The notes beneath the pieces are model-generated. The model worked only from the letters and a program-made list of their open reading frames with translations, was not told where the DNA came from and did not search any database. This document shows positions 28,323-38,500 of a stretch of 64,000 nucleotides of DNA, piece after piece. Each line of letters begins with the position of its first letter. The stretch's first letter is position 1. The translations under genes and the position numbers were made by a program. The DNA is taken from positions 163,697 through 227,696 of the IMG/VR virus record IMGVR_UViG_3300026512_000002; one strand, written 5' to 3'.

Positions 28323-28832
28323 ATGAGTTTTATTAAAAAGTATTGCGGTAGTTTTAAAAACTGTATCATACTCATTGTTTTAACAATTGTTGTTTTTATA
28401 TTTATCAACAATTATTATTCAAACGATACTATTAGTGCGTCTTTACATTTAAAACAATCTAATAGTATAACATCAAAATATGGTTTCAGAAAACACCCTA
28501 TTACTGGAAAATGGACTAAACACAATGGTGTGGATATATCTATGCCGATTAACACCAAATTACCTTCAATAGCAGATGGTGTTGTTGTAATTTCTAAACG
28601 TTGGGGAGGATATGGTAATATGATTGCTATTAGACCAAGCAACAAGAAAGTTCTTATCATGTATGGACATTGTAATAAGTTATTGAAAAAGACTGGTGAT
28701 GTAGTGAAACGTGGTGACATTATAGCGTTATCAGGTAACAGTGGTTTATCAACTGGTCCACATTTACATTTTGAAATCAGATATAATGGTAAACCAATAG
28801 ACCCAACAGCATTATTAGTCTATGATAAATAA
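28323..28832 (+). CDS. M23 family peptidoglycan endopeptidase with N-terminal signal anchor
   Basis: HNGVD (HxxxD), GYGN, YGH, GNSGLSTGPHLHFEIR (HxH); hydrophobic segment near the N-terminus. Confidence 0.92.
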   Translation: MSFIKKYCGSFKNCIILIVLTIVVFIFINNYYSNDTISASLHLKQSNSITSKYGFRKHPITGKWTKHNGVDISMPINTKLPSIADGVVVISKRWGGYGNMIAIRPSNKKVLIMYGHCNKLLKKTGDVVKRGDIIALSGNSGLSTGPHLHFEIRYNGKPIDPTALLVYDK

Positions 28833-28846
28833 ATATTGTCAAATTT

Positions 28847-28878
28847 AAGGTGTGATGTAATTCACACCTTTTTTTTTT
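28847..28878 (+). terminator. Intrinsic terminator
   Basis: AAGGTGTGA / TCACACCTT followed by a T-run. Confidence 0.85.
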
Positions 28879-28906
28879 CTAATAAGAAGGTGGTTTTATA
28901 CATTTC

Positions 28907-28918
28907 AACAATATTATA
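28907..28918 (+). promoter_or_regulatory. Putative late promoter AACA-N6-TA
   Basis: AACAATATTATA upstream of the portal gene. Confidence 0.55.
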
Positions 28919-28940
28919 ATTAAACATAGTGAGGGTGACA

Positions 28941-31430
28941 ATGGTTGCTAAAAAACACAGTAGTATGAAATTCAATAAAAAAATGATAAATGAACTAGAA
29001 CGTAATCAAACTATAATAGATAAAGCATTAGACCAACACGACAATTTACTTAAACGTAAAGAAGTTAATATCAATATAGTTGATGATATTTTAAGCGATA
29101 TAAAAACCGAACTGTCTAATGGTAACCATGATGTTGGTATTGTTGAATTAACAGGTCGTTTAGATATTGTTAGAGAACGTAAAACCGTTGCAAGATTTCA
29201 AAAAAAAATTAACGGTATTAAAAATATGTTAAATAAAGAAGAAAATGTATCATTAGCAAATACATTATATATGTTAGAAACAGATAGGTTTAAAAAATAT
29301 ATCGACTATCATAAAATTGTGAAACTTTTACCAAATATGGATGAGAACGTTGAAACATATTTGGATAATATAATGTCTCCTGATGACTATACTAAACAAT
29401 CGTTAAACCTAGAATATAACATACCTGATATCAATAAAGATCATAAGAATAGTGTTATGAAAAAATTAAAAACATTAAAAACAACTTATGATATTGATAA
29501 ACTTGTAAAAGGTACTATAAAGAATGCTTTAGAATTGGGCGATGGTTTTATAATGATTAAACCTATCGGTGTTGGATTATCCGATGCTTACAACAGTGTT
29601 GCTAAAAACATGGTTGTTACAACAGAAAAACTATCCGATAAAATGATAGAATTAGAAAATGCTAATGTTAACATAGATATGAATAGAGTTTTTAATGAAA
29701 CCAACACACTATATAAAGAAAATGATATACTGACAGATGATCGAAAACTATTATCAGAAATAAACACACTTATAATAGAACATAATAAAAATATCGATAA
29801 AAGTAATAATATTAATAATAATAAATTTAGCACATTATCCGAATCTAAAAACAATCCTAAAAAACATAAAATATCTCAAAAAGACATAGCTTCTCTTATG
29901 AATAAAGTTATCAAGGATAGTGTTGTTGTCACAGATGACACATCCACACTTTTACAGGATATGAATACCATTGTTAGTGAACGTAATAAAAGAAATAAAA
30001 ATGTTGACACCCTAGATCTAAACACTAAATATGATTCAATATATGGTGGTAATTATAAAGCTGCACGTAAATTAGCTAATTTTAAAAACATTAATGGTTC
30101 TGTAGTTAGAAGACTTGAGCCTAATAATGTTATAAAAATAGAAGTTGAAAATATATGTTATGGTTATTATTACATTGAAAGTAAAACAGGATCATTAAAT
30201 AATCGTATAGATACCGCTAGTATGGGTTTAGGTCCAAACGAATATAGCGACACAGGTGGAAGTGGACTACTGTCTACAATAGACGGTAATAGCCGTCAAA
30301 ATACACTATTGCTTTTACGTAAAAACAAACTAATACATAAGTTATTTGCTGAAAAATTAGTGCATAATATAAATGATCGGTTTATAAAAAAAAATCCAGA
30401 ATTTAAAAACATTATATACAACATGTTAGAACAACATGATATTCTCAATCATTCCGAATATGTACGTATCACATATTTACCTCCTAATGAAGTTGTACAT
30501 TTTAAAGTAGGTGATAATACTTATGGTAGATCAATATTTGAAAATGTATTATTTTTAGCAAAAATATATTTAGCAACATTATTATCTACCCTTATGAGCA
30601 AATTGCTACGAGGACAAGATCATAGATTGTTTTATGTTGATATAGGATTAGATGGTGCACCTAGAGAAGAAGTTGATGCTGCAGTTAGAAATATAACTCA
30701 ACGTGAAGTTAAGAATATGGGTATGCAAGATATCGATACTATTCTCCATGTAGTATCTCAATTTGAAGATAGTATTATACCAACATACGATGGTGAAAAA
30801 CCATTGGAAATTGATGTGTTGCCTAAAATGGATATTGATATTAATAATGAATTTTTAGAATTGTTAAATAAATTGATTCAAGCTGGTATAGGTGTACCAA
30901 CATCTTTTATACAATCTTTAGAAGAAGTTGAATTAGCTAAAGGTTTATCAATGGTTCATGAAAAATTCTTAATACGAGTTGTTAATCAACAATCCGAATA
31001 TCAATCCGCAACAAACCAATTAATTAGGATATTGTATTATAATGAATATTTGTTAAATAATAAAAACGCAGAAAACAACGATATTGATATATCACAAATT
31101 AAGTTAGTGTTCCCATCACCTACAACTCTACGATATACAAATATGATGGATCAATTAAATAACGCTAAAAATATTGTTGATGAAATAATTTCTACTATGT
31201 TTGATGAAAGTGGTAATATGTATGGTGATACCCCAAATGATAACAACTTATTAACAGAAACTAAAACCCAGATGAGAATAAAATTGATGGCCAAATATGC
31301 ACCATCTATAGATTGGGAAGAATTAGAAGAAATGAAACATAATTTAATGATATCGTTAAAAAAAGATGAAAATCAATATGGTGATGGTGAAAATAATGTA
31401 TCGACAACAAACACCACATCAACAACATAA
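28941..31430 (+). CDS. Portal protein (jumbo-phage type)
   Basis: YLDNIMSPDD, ALELGDGFIMI, YGRSIFENVLF, RLFYVDIGLD, IGVP and FPSPTTL match my recall of T4 gp20 / phiKZ-type portals. Start is ATG 28941 or GTG 28929. Confidence 0.75.
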   Translation: MVAKKHSSMKFNKKMINELERNQTIIDKALDQHDNLLKRKEVNINIVDDILSDIKTELSNGNHDVGIVELTGRLDIVRERKTVARFQKKINGIKNMLNKEENVSLANTLYMLETDRFKKYIDYHKIVKLLPNMDENVETYLDNIMSPDDYTKQSLNLEYNIPDINKDHKNSVMKKLKTLKTTYDIDKLVKGTIKNALELGDGFIMIKPIGVGLSDAYNSVAKNMVVTTEKLSDKMIELENANVNIDMNRVFNETNTLYKENDILTDDRKLLSEINTLIIEHNKNIDKSNNINNNKFSTLSESKNNPKKHKISQKDIASLMNKVIKDSVVVTDDTSTLLQDMNTIVSERNKRNKNVDTLDLNTKYDSIYGGNYKAARKLANFKNINGSVVRRLEPNNVIKIEVENICYGYYYIESKTGSLNNRIDTASMGLGPNEYSDTGGSGLLSTIDGNSRQNTLLLLRKNKLIHKLFAEKLVHNINDRFIKKNPEFKNIIYNMLEQHDILNHSEYVRITYLPPNEVVHFKVGDNTYGRSIFENVLFLAKIYLATLLSTLMSKLLRGQDHRLFYVDIGLDGAPREEVDAAVRNITQREVKNMGMQDIDTILHVVSQFEDSIIPTYDGEKPLEIDVLPKMDIDINNEFLELLNKLIQAGIGVPTSFIQSLEEVELAKGLSMVHEKFLIRVVNQQSEYQSATNQLIRILYYNEYLLNNKNAENNDIDISQIKLVFPSPTTLRYTNMMDQLNNAKNIVDEIISTMFDESGNMYGDTPNDNNLLTETKTQMRIKLMAKYAPSIDWEELEEMKHNLMISLKKDENQYGDGENNVSTTNTTSTT

Positions 31431-31446
31431 TATAATGGAGGTTTAA

Positions 31447-31797
31447 ATGACATCAGCTCAAGTACAACACCTATTGAGTAAACATAGTGCCGATCCTGAT
31501 AAATTGGTTTTAGACAATAGTTCTACTATTGATGCTAACAAGTTCACATTGGTATGGGATCATAGTAATGAAATATTATCACTTATAGAAAAAGATACTG
31601 GTACAGCATGGTCTCTACCAGTAGGAGAACGGACACCTGCCTTATATGGTAATTGGATATACAGTCCTAGACATGGTCATCTTGGAAAACCAGGTACTGG
31701 TGGTGGGGAATATCTATACACTTATGATGAAGTACCATACGGTATAATACAGCATATGACATGGTACCACACATACGCTGACTTAACTTCTATATAA
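31447..31797 (+). CDS. Hypothetical protein
   Basis: 116 aa, SD GGAGG. Confidence 0.7.
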   Translation: MTSAQVQHLLSKHSADPDKLVLDNSSTIDANKFTLVWDHSNEILSLIEKDTGTAWSLPVGERTPALYGNWIYSPRHGHLGKPGTGGGEYLYTYDEVPYGIIQHMTWYHTYADLTSI

Positions 31798-31809
31798 TAA
31801 GAGGAATTG

Positions 31810-33006
31810 ATGAGTAATGTTATAATGAATGATATGTATCCATACATAACAAAAAATCTTGATAAAACAAGTAACAGGGATAAAATTAGAACTATTATCA
31901 TGGAATTTATAGATGACAATAGCGATGCTCTAATGAGCAGTGCTGTATTGGATAAGGTTTATATAACGGACTCATTAAGAAAAAAATTTTATGATATTAT
32001 GGATGTTGATCCTAAAAAAGTACATACTATGATAACCAATATACCTCTCATAACAGAATCGTGGAAAGCTTTAAAAAAAAATGATTTAGCATTTGTAATG
32101 TTATGTAATATCATATATTACCATAGAAATAACTATACTACAGATTTACGTGTAATGAACCTATTCTTGGGCATGCATGCTTATGCTATATATGTTTTAG
32201 AATTATTTAGGTATATACAGTATGAAACAATGATATATACCGTCAATAATCTATCTAATAAACATGATTTAAAAAAATATGGTACAGTATTTAATGTTAT
32301 AAATAAAAAAGTGCAAGTAATATACGATACATATAAAGATACATTAAGAGATGATGATGATGAGTTATTAATAAAATATGTTGGTAATACCAATACTAGA
32401 TTTAGGCAATGGGTTAAAGGTTTGATGTTAGAATATAAAAAAAATAAAGATTCTGGTAAATATTTTAACACTGAAACAGATAATTATGAAGAAGATGATT
32501 ATAAAGAAACATCCAATATGTCTATGGGTATATCTAGAATCGTTGAAAAAACAACAACTAATTTTTTTACAAAATCTGTTGATATGAAAGCACTTGATTT
32601 AGCTGCTAGGTTAACAAAAATTTCCAAATCCACGTTGTTTTCAACATTAAAAGATATTAAAGATACAACATATCACCCTCCAAAAAAACAAATAAGACCA
32701 TATGATCATGAATCACATATTGAGCTTTTAAAAAAATTAGTTGGAGACATATTAACAATATTCATAGTTGTTGATAAAAACGATATTAAAAACATTAAAA
32801 GTATGTCATTTATTAATAGTATATTGTTAATATATGGTAGATCTAATACAATTGACGCGCATTCAATAGAGATAAAAAATATATTGGATGAGTTATTAAT
32901 TAGACACAATGATAAATATTCTAAAACAAACCGTGTTGCTACCAAAATCAATTGGAGAAAGGCGATTTTTATATATTACGGTATCCTAATTCAAAAATAT
33001 TCATAA
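31810..33006 (+). CDS. Helical jumbo-phage protein downstream of portal, function unknown
   Basis: About 398 aa, SD GAGG; resembles a family I recall from AR9-like genomes. Confidence 0.6.
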   Translation: MSNVIMNDMYPYITKNLDKTSNRDKIRTIIMEFIDDNSDALMSSAVLDKVYITDSLRKKFYDIMDVDPKKVHTMITNIPLITESWKALKKNDLAFVMLCNIIYYHRNNYTTDLRVMNLFLGMHAYAIYVLELFRYIQYETMIYTVNNLSNKHDLKKYGTVFNVINKKVQVIYDTYKDTLRDDDDELLIKYVGNTNTRFRQWVKGLMLEYKKNKDSGKYFNTETDNYEEDDYKETSNMSMGISRIVEKTTTNFFTKSVDMKALDLAARLTKISKSTLFSTLKDIKDTTYHPPKKQIRPYDHESHIELLKKLVGDILTIFIVVDKNDIKNIKSMSFINSILLIYGRSNTIDAHSIEIKNILDELLIRHNDKYSKTNRVATKINWRKAIFIYYGILIQKYS

Positions 33007-33069
33007 ATTAATTTAATTTTTAAAAACATATTAACCTAATAGTAAAAAGATCTAATATTGGAGGTTGAT

Positions 33070-33171
33070 ATGGGAAATGCTACATTAACATTTAAAAAAA
33101 CAATACTATTTATACTAGGTATTGTCACATTGTCGCCTATATTAATAATATGGGCTATTGTCAAAAAATGA
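33070..33171 (+). CDS. 33-aa single-TM peptide (not in track)
   Basis: MGNATLTFKKTILFILGIVTLSPILIIWAIVKK; SD GGAGGT; followed by a terminator. Confidence 0.6.
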   Translation: MGNATLTFKKTILFILGIVTLSPILIIWAIVKK

Positions 33172-33174
33172 TTT

Positions 33175-33218
33175 AAAAGCGAACGCATGTATGTGTATAT
33201 GTGTTCGCTTTTTTTTTT
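33175..33218 (+). terminator. Intrinsic terminator
   Basis: AAAAGCGAACGCAT / ATGTGTTCGCTTTT followed by a T-run. Confidence 0.85.
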
Positions 33219-33244
33219 AATTTAATACCGAATATCCTATACAG

Positions 33245-33256
33245 AACAATATAATA
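33245..33256 (+). promoter_or_regulatory. Putative late promoter AACA-N6-TA
   Basis: AACAATATAATA upstream of 33287. Confidence 0.5.
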
Positions 33257-33286
33257 ATATTATCACCATATTTAAAGGAGTTATAA

Positions 33287-33751
33287 ATGAATGAAAAAGC
33301 AAGCAATCCAATTAGTAAATTAGATGAATCTGATTATCAAATATTATTGGAATTGGAATCATTAAAGAATAAATTTTTTAGTGTTATGAATAGAAAAATG
33401 TTAGTGGAAAAATTAGCAGATATTATTGATAGTGTAGATGGTTTAAATTTTAATAGTAAACGAGATAAAAAAAGAATCAATGTTAATAAACCTAGGTATA
33501 TCCTTAATATATCAGATGAGTTGTTAAATATGAAAAAACATAATTTTGATGATATGATGTATGAAAAAATATCTAAAGTCTATACTAATTGGTTATCAGA
33601 AGCTAGTGTTGGTAACAAAGACATCTCAGATATATTTTCTAAAATAAGAGAAAAATATGGCGACATTATAAGTTCACATATGATAAACACTACAATAGCA
33701 TATCACAGAAATATAAAAGATAAAAAACTGATAGTAACATATTTTATTTAG
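33287..33751 (+). CDS. Hypothetical late protein
   Basis: 154 aa, SD AAGGAG. Confidence 0.7.
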   Translation: MNEKASNPISKLDESDYQILLELESLKNKFFSVMNRKMLVEKLADIIDSVDGLNFNSKRDKKRINVNKPRYILNISDELLNMKKHNFDDMMYEKISKVYTNWLSEASVGNKDISDIFSKIREKYGDIISSHMINTTIAYHRNIKDKKLIVTYFI

Positions 33752-35495
33752 ACATACCACTACTAAGACTACTTCCTAGTAATTTTTCTGCTAAATTACC
33801 AAATTGATTACTCACAGTACTGATAACATTATCTTTACTCACATAATCAGACCATTTTTGTCTATTACCACTGCCTCTCCAACTAAAATTATCAACAGTA
33901 TCATGTGAAACAAGTCCTACCATATTAACTAAATATAGTGCTAATGCTCCATTTTCCGATATTTCAGATATATCATCAGTCATACTTATTGTTGGAAATA
34001 TATCATTAATTGTTAACGTAACATGTATAGCTAACGGTAACCCATCAACAGACCATGTGCTTTTAGAACCTTTATGCCATGATATATTTGATATATAACC
34101 CATATCGCACACAAAATTACCAGGTATCTCAGCCCTAACTATAAACGGTTCTTGATATGCGTTAAATACGCTACCTCTACGAGGCAAAGCCATACACATT
34201 AACATTATGAGTGGGAAAAATACATTTTCATATATACTATGTGGATCACCATATGGGCTAACAAAATTAAAATCTATATTATAAGTTTTACTATGATGAG
34301 TATTAGACCATATTAAAGCCATATTGATTTGTTCACCCAATGTTGTAGAAGCAGCTGTTACAGATCCCATCATTTTTGCTCTATTAACTAAATTCATCAA
34401 CGATGTCTTAACACTACTAAATGTAGCTGCACCAAGACCAACGTTACCAACAGTATTAGCATCATTTTGCCTATTAGCCATAGACGATTGATTCTGTATA
34501 CTAGCATTACTATTTTCAATATAGCTAGTACTTATATTATCCCTAGCTTCAGCAGCAGCATCGGCATAGAACAAAAAACCATATGATTGCCCAACTGCAT
34601 CTTTACGTCTTTTTTTGGACTCATTATAAACTGAGGATACTTTATCTACAGTAGTATTGTTAGCACTATCTTTCAAAGCTGTTAATAATTGTTCTTTATA
34701 TTGGTTTTCTATTTTGTTGGATTTATTTTTAAGCTCATTTATTTTTTTAAGAAGCTCTTTTTTATACTCACTATAATATGCGCTTACTCGTCCATCGCTT
34801 GTATTACTACAACTTGCATCTCCATCATCGCCAACCTTACAGTTTGATGTACTTAACAATTCTGAAATAGCACCAATTCGCTCATCAGAATTAAAATTAT
34901 TAAGATATCTATCTATTTCGTAATTTACTGCCTTAATCGCTTTAACCTTAGCACTCATGGTAGAAGTATCTGTATCTTCCGTAACAGATTTGCGCATATT
35001 ACTATTAGCACGATCAGATAGTGATGATAATAAACTAGTAGCATCTTTATTAGCCTTTATTATGTTACTAGAAAACGTCTGATCCAACAACCATTCTTCA
35101 CCAAATTTACCTGGTGGAGCAGTTCCCATTTTATCATAACGTAACATAGAACTATATGTGAAATAATGCATGGCTTTAACATATGTGAAATACTCCGATA
35201 CTCGTTCATTAAATTTAGCATTACGACCATCGAACACGACTCCAGGTAAAACATTAGCAACTTTTTTAATAAATTGTGATACAACACCCGAAGTGGTCAT
35301 TTCACCAGGTACTAAATGTAGTAAGGAGAAATTGCTACCAACAGTTTTATTATATGTAGTATGCAGCATATCTATCATAGGGTTGTATTCATATGGTGCA
35401 CCAAAAACTTTAGTACTATATCTACTATAATTACTATCACGTGTAATTAAATTAAACCTACTTTTAACATTCTTTTTAACATCACTCACACACAC
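33744..35495 (-). CDS. Baseplate tube-initiator / hub-like protein (T4 gp48/gp54-like)
   Basis: YNIDFNFVSPYGD...LMCMALPR...PFIVRAEIPG..CDMGYISNI...DGLPLAIHVTLTINDIFP; next to the tape measure; GTG start after GGAGG. Confidence 0.6.
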   Translation of the reverse strand: MCVSDVKKNVKSRFNLITRDSNYSRYSTKVFGAPYEYNPMIDMLHTTYNKTVGSNFSLLHLVPGEMTTSGVVSQFIKKVANVLPGVVFDGRNAKFNERVSEYFTYVKAMHYFTYSSMLRYDKMGTAPPGKFGEEWLLDQTFSSNIIKANKDATSLLSSLSDRANSNMRKSVTEDTDTSTMSAKVKAIKAVNYEIDRYLNNFNSDERIGAISELLSTSNCKVGDDGDASCSNTSDGRVSAYYSEYKKELLKKINELKNKSNKIENQYKEQLLTALKDSANNTTVDKVSSVYNESKKRRKDAVGQSYGFLFYADAAAEARDNISTSYIENSNASIQNQSSMANRQNDANTVGNVGLGAATFSSVKTSLMNLVNRAKMMGSVTAASTTLGEQINMALIWSNTHHSKTYNIDFNFVSPYGDPHSIYENVFFPLIMLMCMALPRRGSVFNAYQEPFIVRAEIPGNFVCDMGYISNISWHKGSKSTWSVDGLPLAIHVTLTINDIFPTISMTDDISEISENGALALYLVNMVGLVSHDTVDNFSWRGSGNRQKWSDYVSKDNVISTVSNQFGNLAEKLLGSSLSSGMSK

Positions 35496-35500
35496 CTCCT

Positions 35501-38500
35501 TTATAATATATTATACTTCTCATTATTGTTATTAACAATCATGTTATTTAATTGATACATTATTGAACTCACATCCATACCATTATTGTTATTATTCTGT
35601 CCTCTACCAATATTTCGACTATTAGCGCTATGTAATATAGCTTCTATAATTTTCAAATTAGTGGTTGTTATAGTACCGTTTATATTTTTGAGTAATTTTT
35701 CAATAGTGTTCTCATTATTGTTTTTAGCATCACTGTTTTCAACAACAAGATTATTATTATTATCATTTTTCATATATATTAAATTGAGAATTTTAACAAT
35801 TTTATTTAATACACCAAGCATAATATTATCATCAGATGTATTTGGTATATATTTATCATTATTGTTATTATACTTATGACTGTTATAACTTATTTCTATA
35901 TCGCTAGCATCTCCTTTTTGAAAAGTTTCAACATTTCGCTTCTTTTTGTTTGAACTAACCAATGCTCCATTTTCATTATCTTTACTAGGATCATATTTTT
36001 CACCAGTTTCACTATATGTGTTAGCATCCTTTTTCAATAGTTTTGAAGCATCTTTTTCTAAAGCAGCCATTTTTTTTTCAGATAACTTTTTCTTCCCATT
36101 ATTTTTAATAGGTTCATCAATATCCTTAGATATTCTATCAGTTATAACAGTACCTTTTTTATCATTATCAGTAGGTTTAATTTTATGTTTACTGTGGAAT
36201 ATATTATACAATGCCAGTTCTTTATTATTGTCAGGTTTTGTAAAAAAATCATGTCTTATTTGACCATAACCTTCATCTCCAGCATGTTTAGCATACTTAG
36301 CTAGTTCTGTGTGCCATTCTTCAAAATAAGATTTATTAGATGGTTGATGTAACCTTGAAAGAGGTCTAAATAAACCATGTTTTTTAAATAATCCTAATTT
36401 ATCAGCAATTATTAAATCGACACCATTGGCATCTACAGCATACCCAACATTATGAGCCGAATTACCAGGCACGGCTGCTCTAGGATTAGGAACTTTATGA
36501 TATTTCCTTATATAATCATTCATGTCTTTATATGATAATTTATCACCTGGTTTTAGATTAAAGGCGAGTCTAGCCTGTTTCTCTATATCTCTATATCCTG
36601 AATTTACATGTATTTTACGACCCGTTAAATTATAGTAATCACTAGCCATTTCTAAAAACGGTTTTCGTAATTCAGGATTAACTTTTTCAAAACTAGCAAT
36701 ATTACCATCTATAGGTAATTCATTTTGTAATAAACCATATTTGTGTTTTTTAATTTGATTCCATTGGCCATCACTATTTTGTCTAAAACCAAAATTCTCG
36801 GTCAATTGAGTCGAATATTTATTATAATCTTTAGTTGATAAATCCGCAGCCCTGGTAATATTAACTTTTTCAACTTTACCAGTTTTTTTATTTTTAATAT
36901 TTTTAGTTACATAGTTACCATTTTTATCTTTCACAGCAACTCTTTTATTTAACAATGTTAGCAATTGTTTATTATTTAAATTTTTAGAAACATCTCTATC
37001 GCTAGAATAATTATTAGAATCAATATTATTTCCACCAGATATTTTTTTGAGAATGTTATCAAATTTTGTAAAAACAGTATTTGTTGTCGAAGCATTATAT
37101 TGCATCATTTTACCATCATTATCACGTATATTGGTAGTATATGTATGTGATTTGACATGTTCACGTTTAATATCTTCTAACAACTCTGCACGTGTTGGTA
37201 ATTTTATTTTCATTATAGTATCTATTTCAGCATTGAGACTATCTATATTTGCAATAGTAACTTTATCAATTTTTCTAAAATAATTGCTAATACGTTTTCT
37301 CACTTTAAGTATGCGCTTTAAACTGAGTTCAATAAGAGTATCCCATTTATCAATAACATTTATTATATCTTTATCAGGAAAATCTTTGTTTAATTTAGCA
37401 ATATATGTTGTAAACGCATTTATATTAGTAGCATATATATTAATTCTACTTTCAGCTAGTGTAAGATCTGTTCTTTTATTAGCTACACCATATGTATCTA
37501 TTTTAAATTGCTCATCATCATATATATCTTTTGGTTTAGTAACTGCTTCTTTTTTTGTATCCTCAACTTTCTTTTTAGAAACAGAAGATTTTTTTTCTTT
37601 TTTAATTTTTTTTACATGACCATTTATCAACATAGGTTTAAAATCATATGTTTTAGCATCTTCTTTTTTTTCAGGTATAAAACTTTTGATATATTCCAAA
37701 CCTTTAGTAAACCATGTTTTATGAGTTTTCTTATATTCTACTACTAACTCTTTTCTAAAATTATCTACCCAATCAACATCTATGACTTCTCGCCTATATT
37801 TTTCAACAATACCTATTGATACTGTTTCAGCATCATCAATAAATAATGTTTCACTATTATAATCTTTAACCAATTTATTTTCATAATCAATTAATTTCTC
37901 AATATATTTTTCAGCTAACTTAACACCTTCAACCTTATACCAATTATCATCATTCAACTTCAATAATTCCAACTCATCTGTAAAACGATCAATATAATTA
38001 GTAACAATGTCTATATATGTTTCCATTATTTTCTTAGATAATTTATCAACAACTGCTCTATTTGTATCCCAATGTTGTTTATTATATTTATCAACAGCAC
38101 GTTCTAAATCACGATATATTTTCTTAGAAGTGACATTATTTCCTAAAACATTTTCTTTCATAGCATTTATAACTTCATCAGTAGCAGCAATATCTGTTTT
38201 GATTTTCTTTTCTTTATCTTTAACGGTATTTGTTACAAATTTAATATTAATCTTAGAAGGATCTTTATATTTATCTATAAACTTATCTATCTCAACATAC
38301 GATTCCCGTAAATTATAAATATTTGTAGTATTTTTTAATGTATCCAAGTATTTTTTTGCTTCATTAATAATATTCATATATGTATTATATTTATCCCACA
38401 TTTTAACTAGAACAGTTTCTTTATTCATAACATTTAACAATATATCAGAATATTTTGATATCATATTACGTAATATTGCACCATAAATATCGATTTGTTT

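Noticed and set aside
31810-33006. Sigma-like nvRNAP specificity subunit (AR9 gp226 / phiKZ gp68)
   Set aside because: Only a vague sigma-2-like stretch; it does not match the gp226 features I recall, so it is left as unknown.
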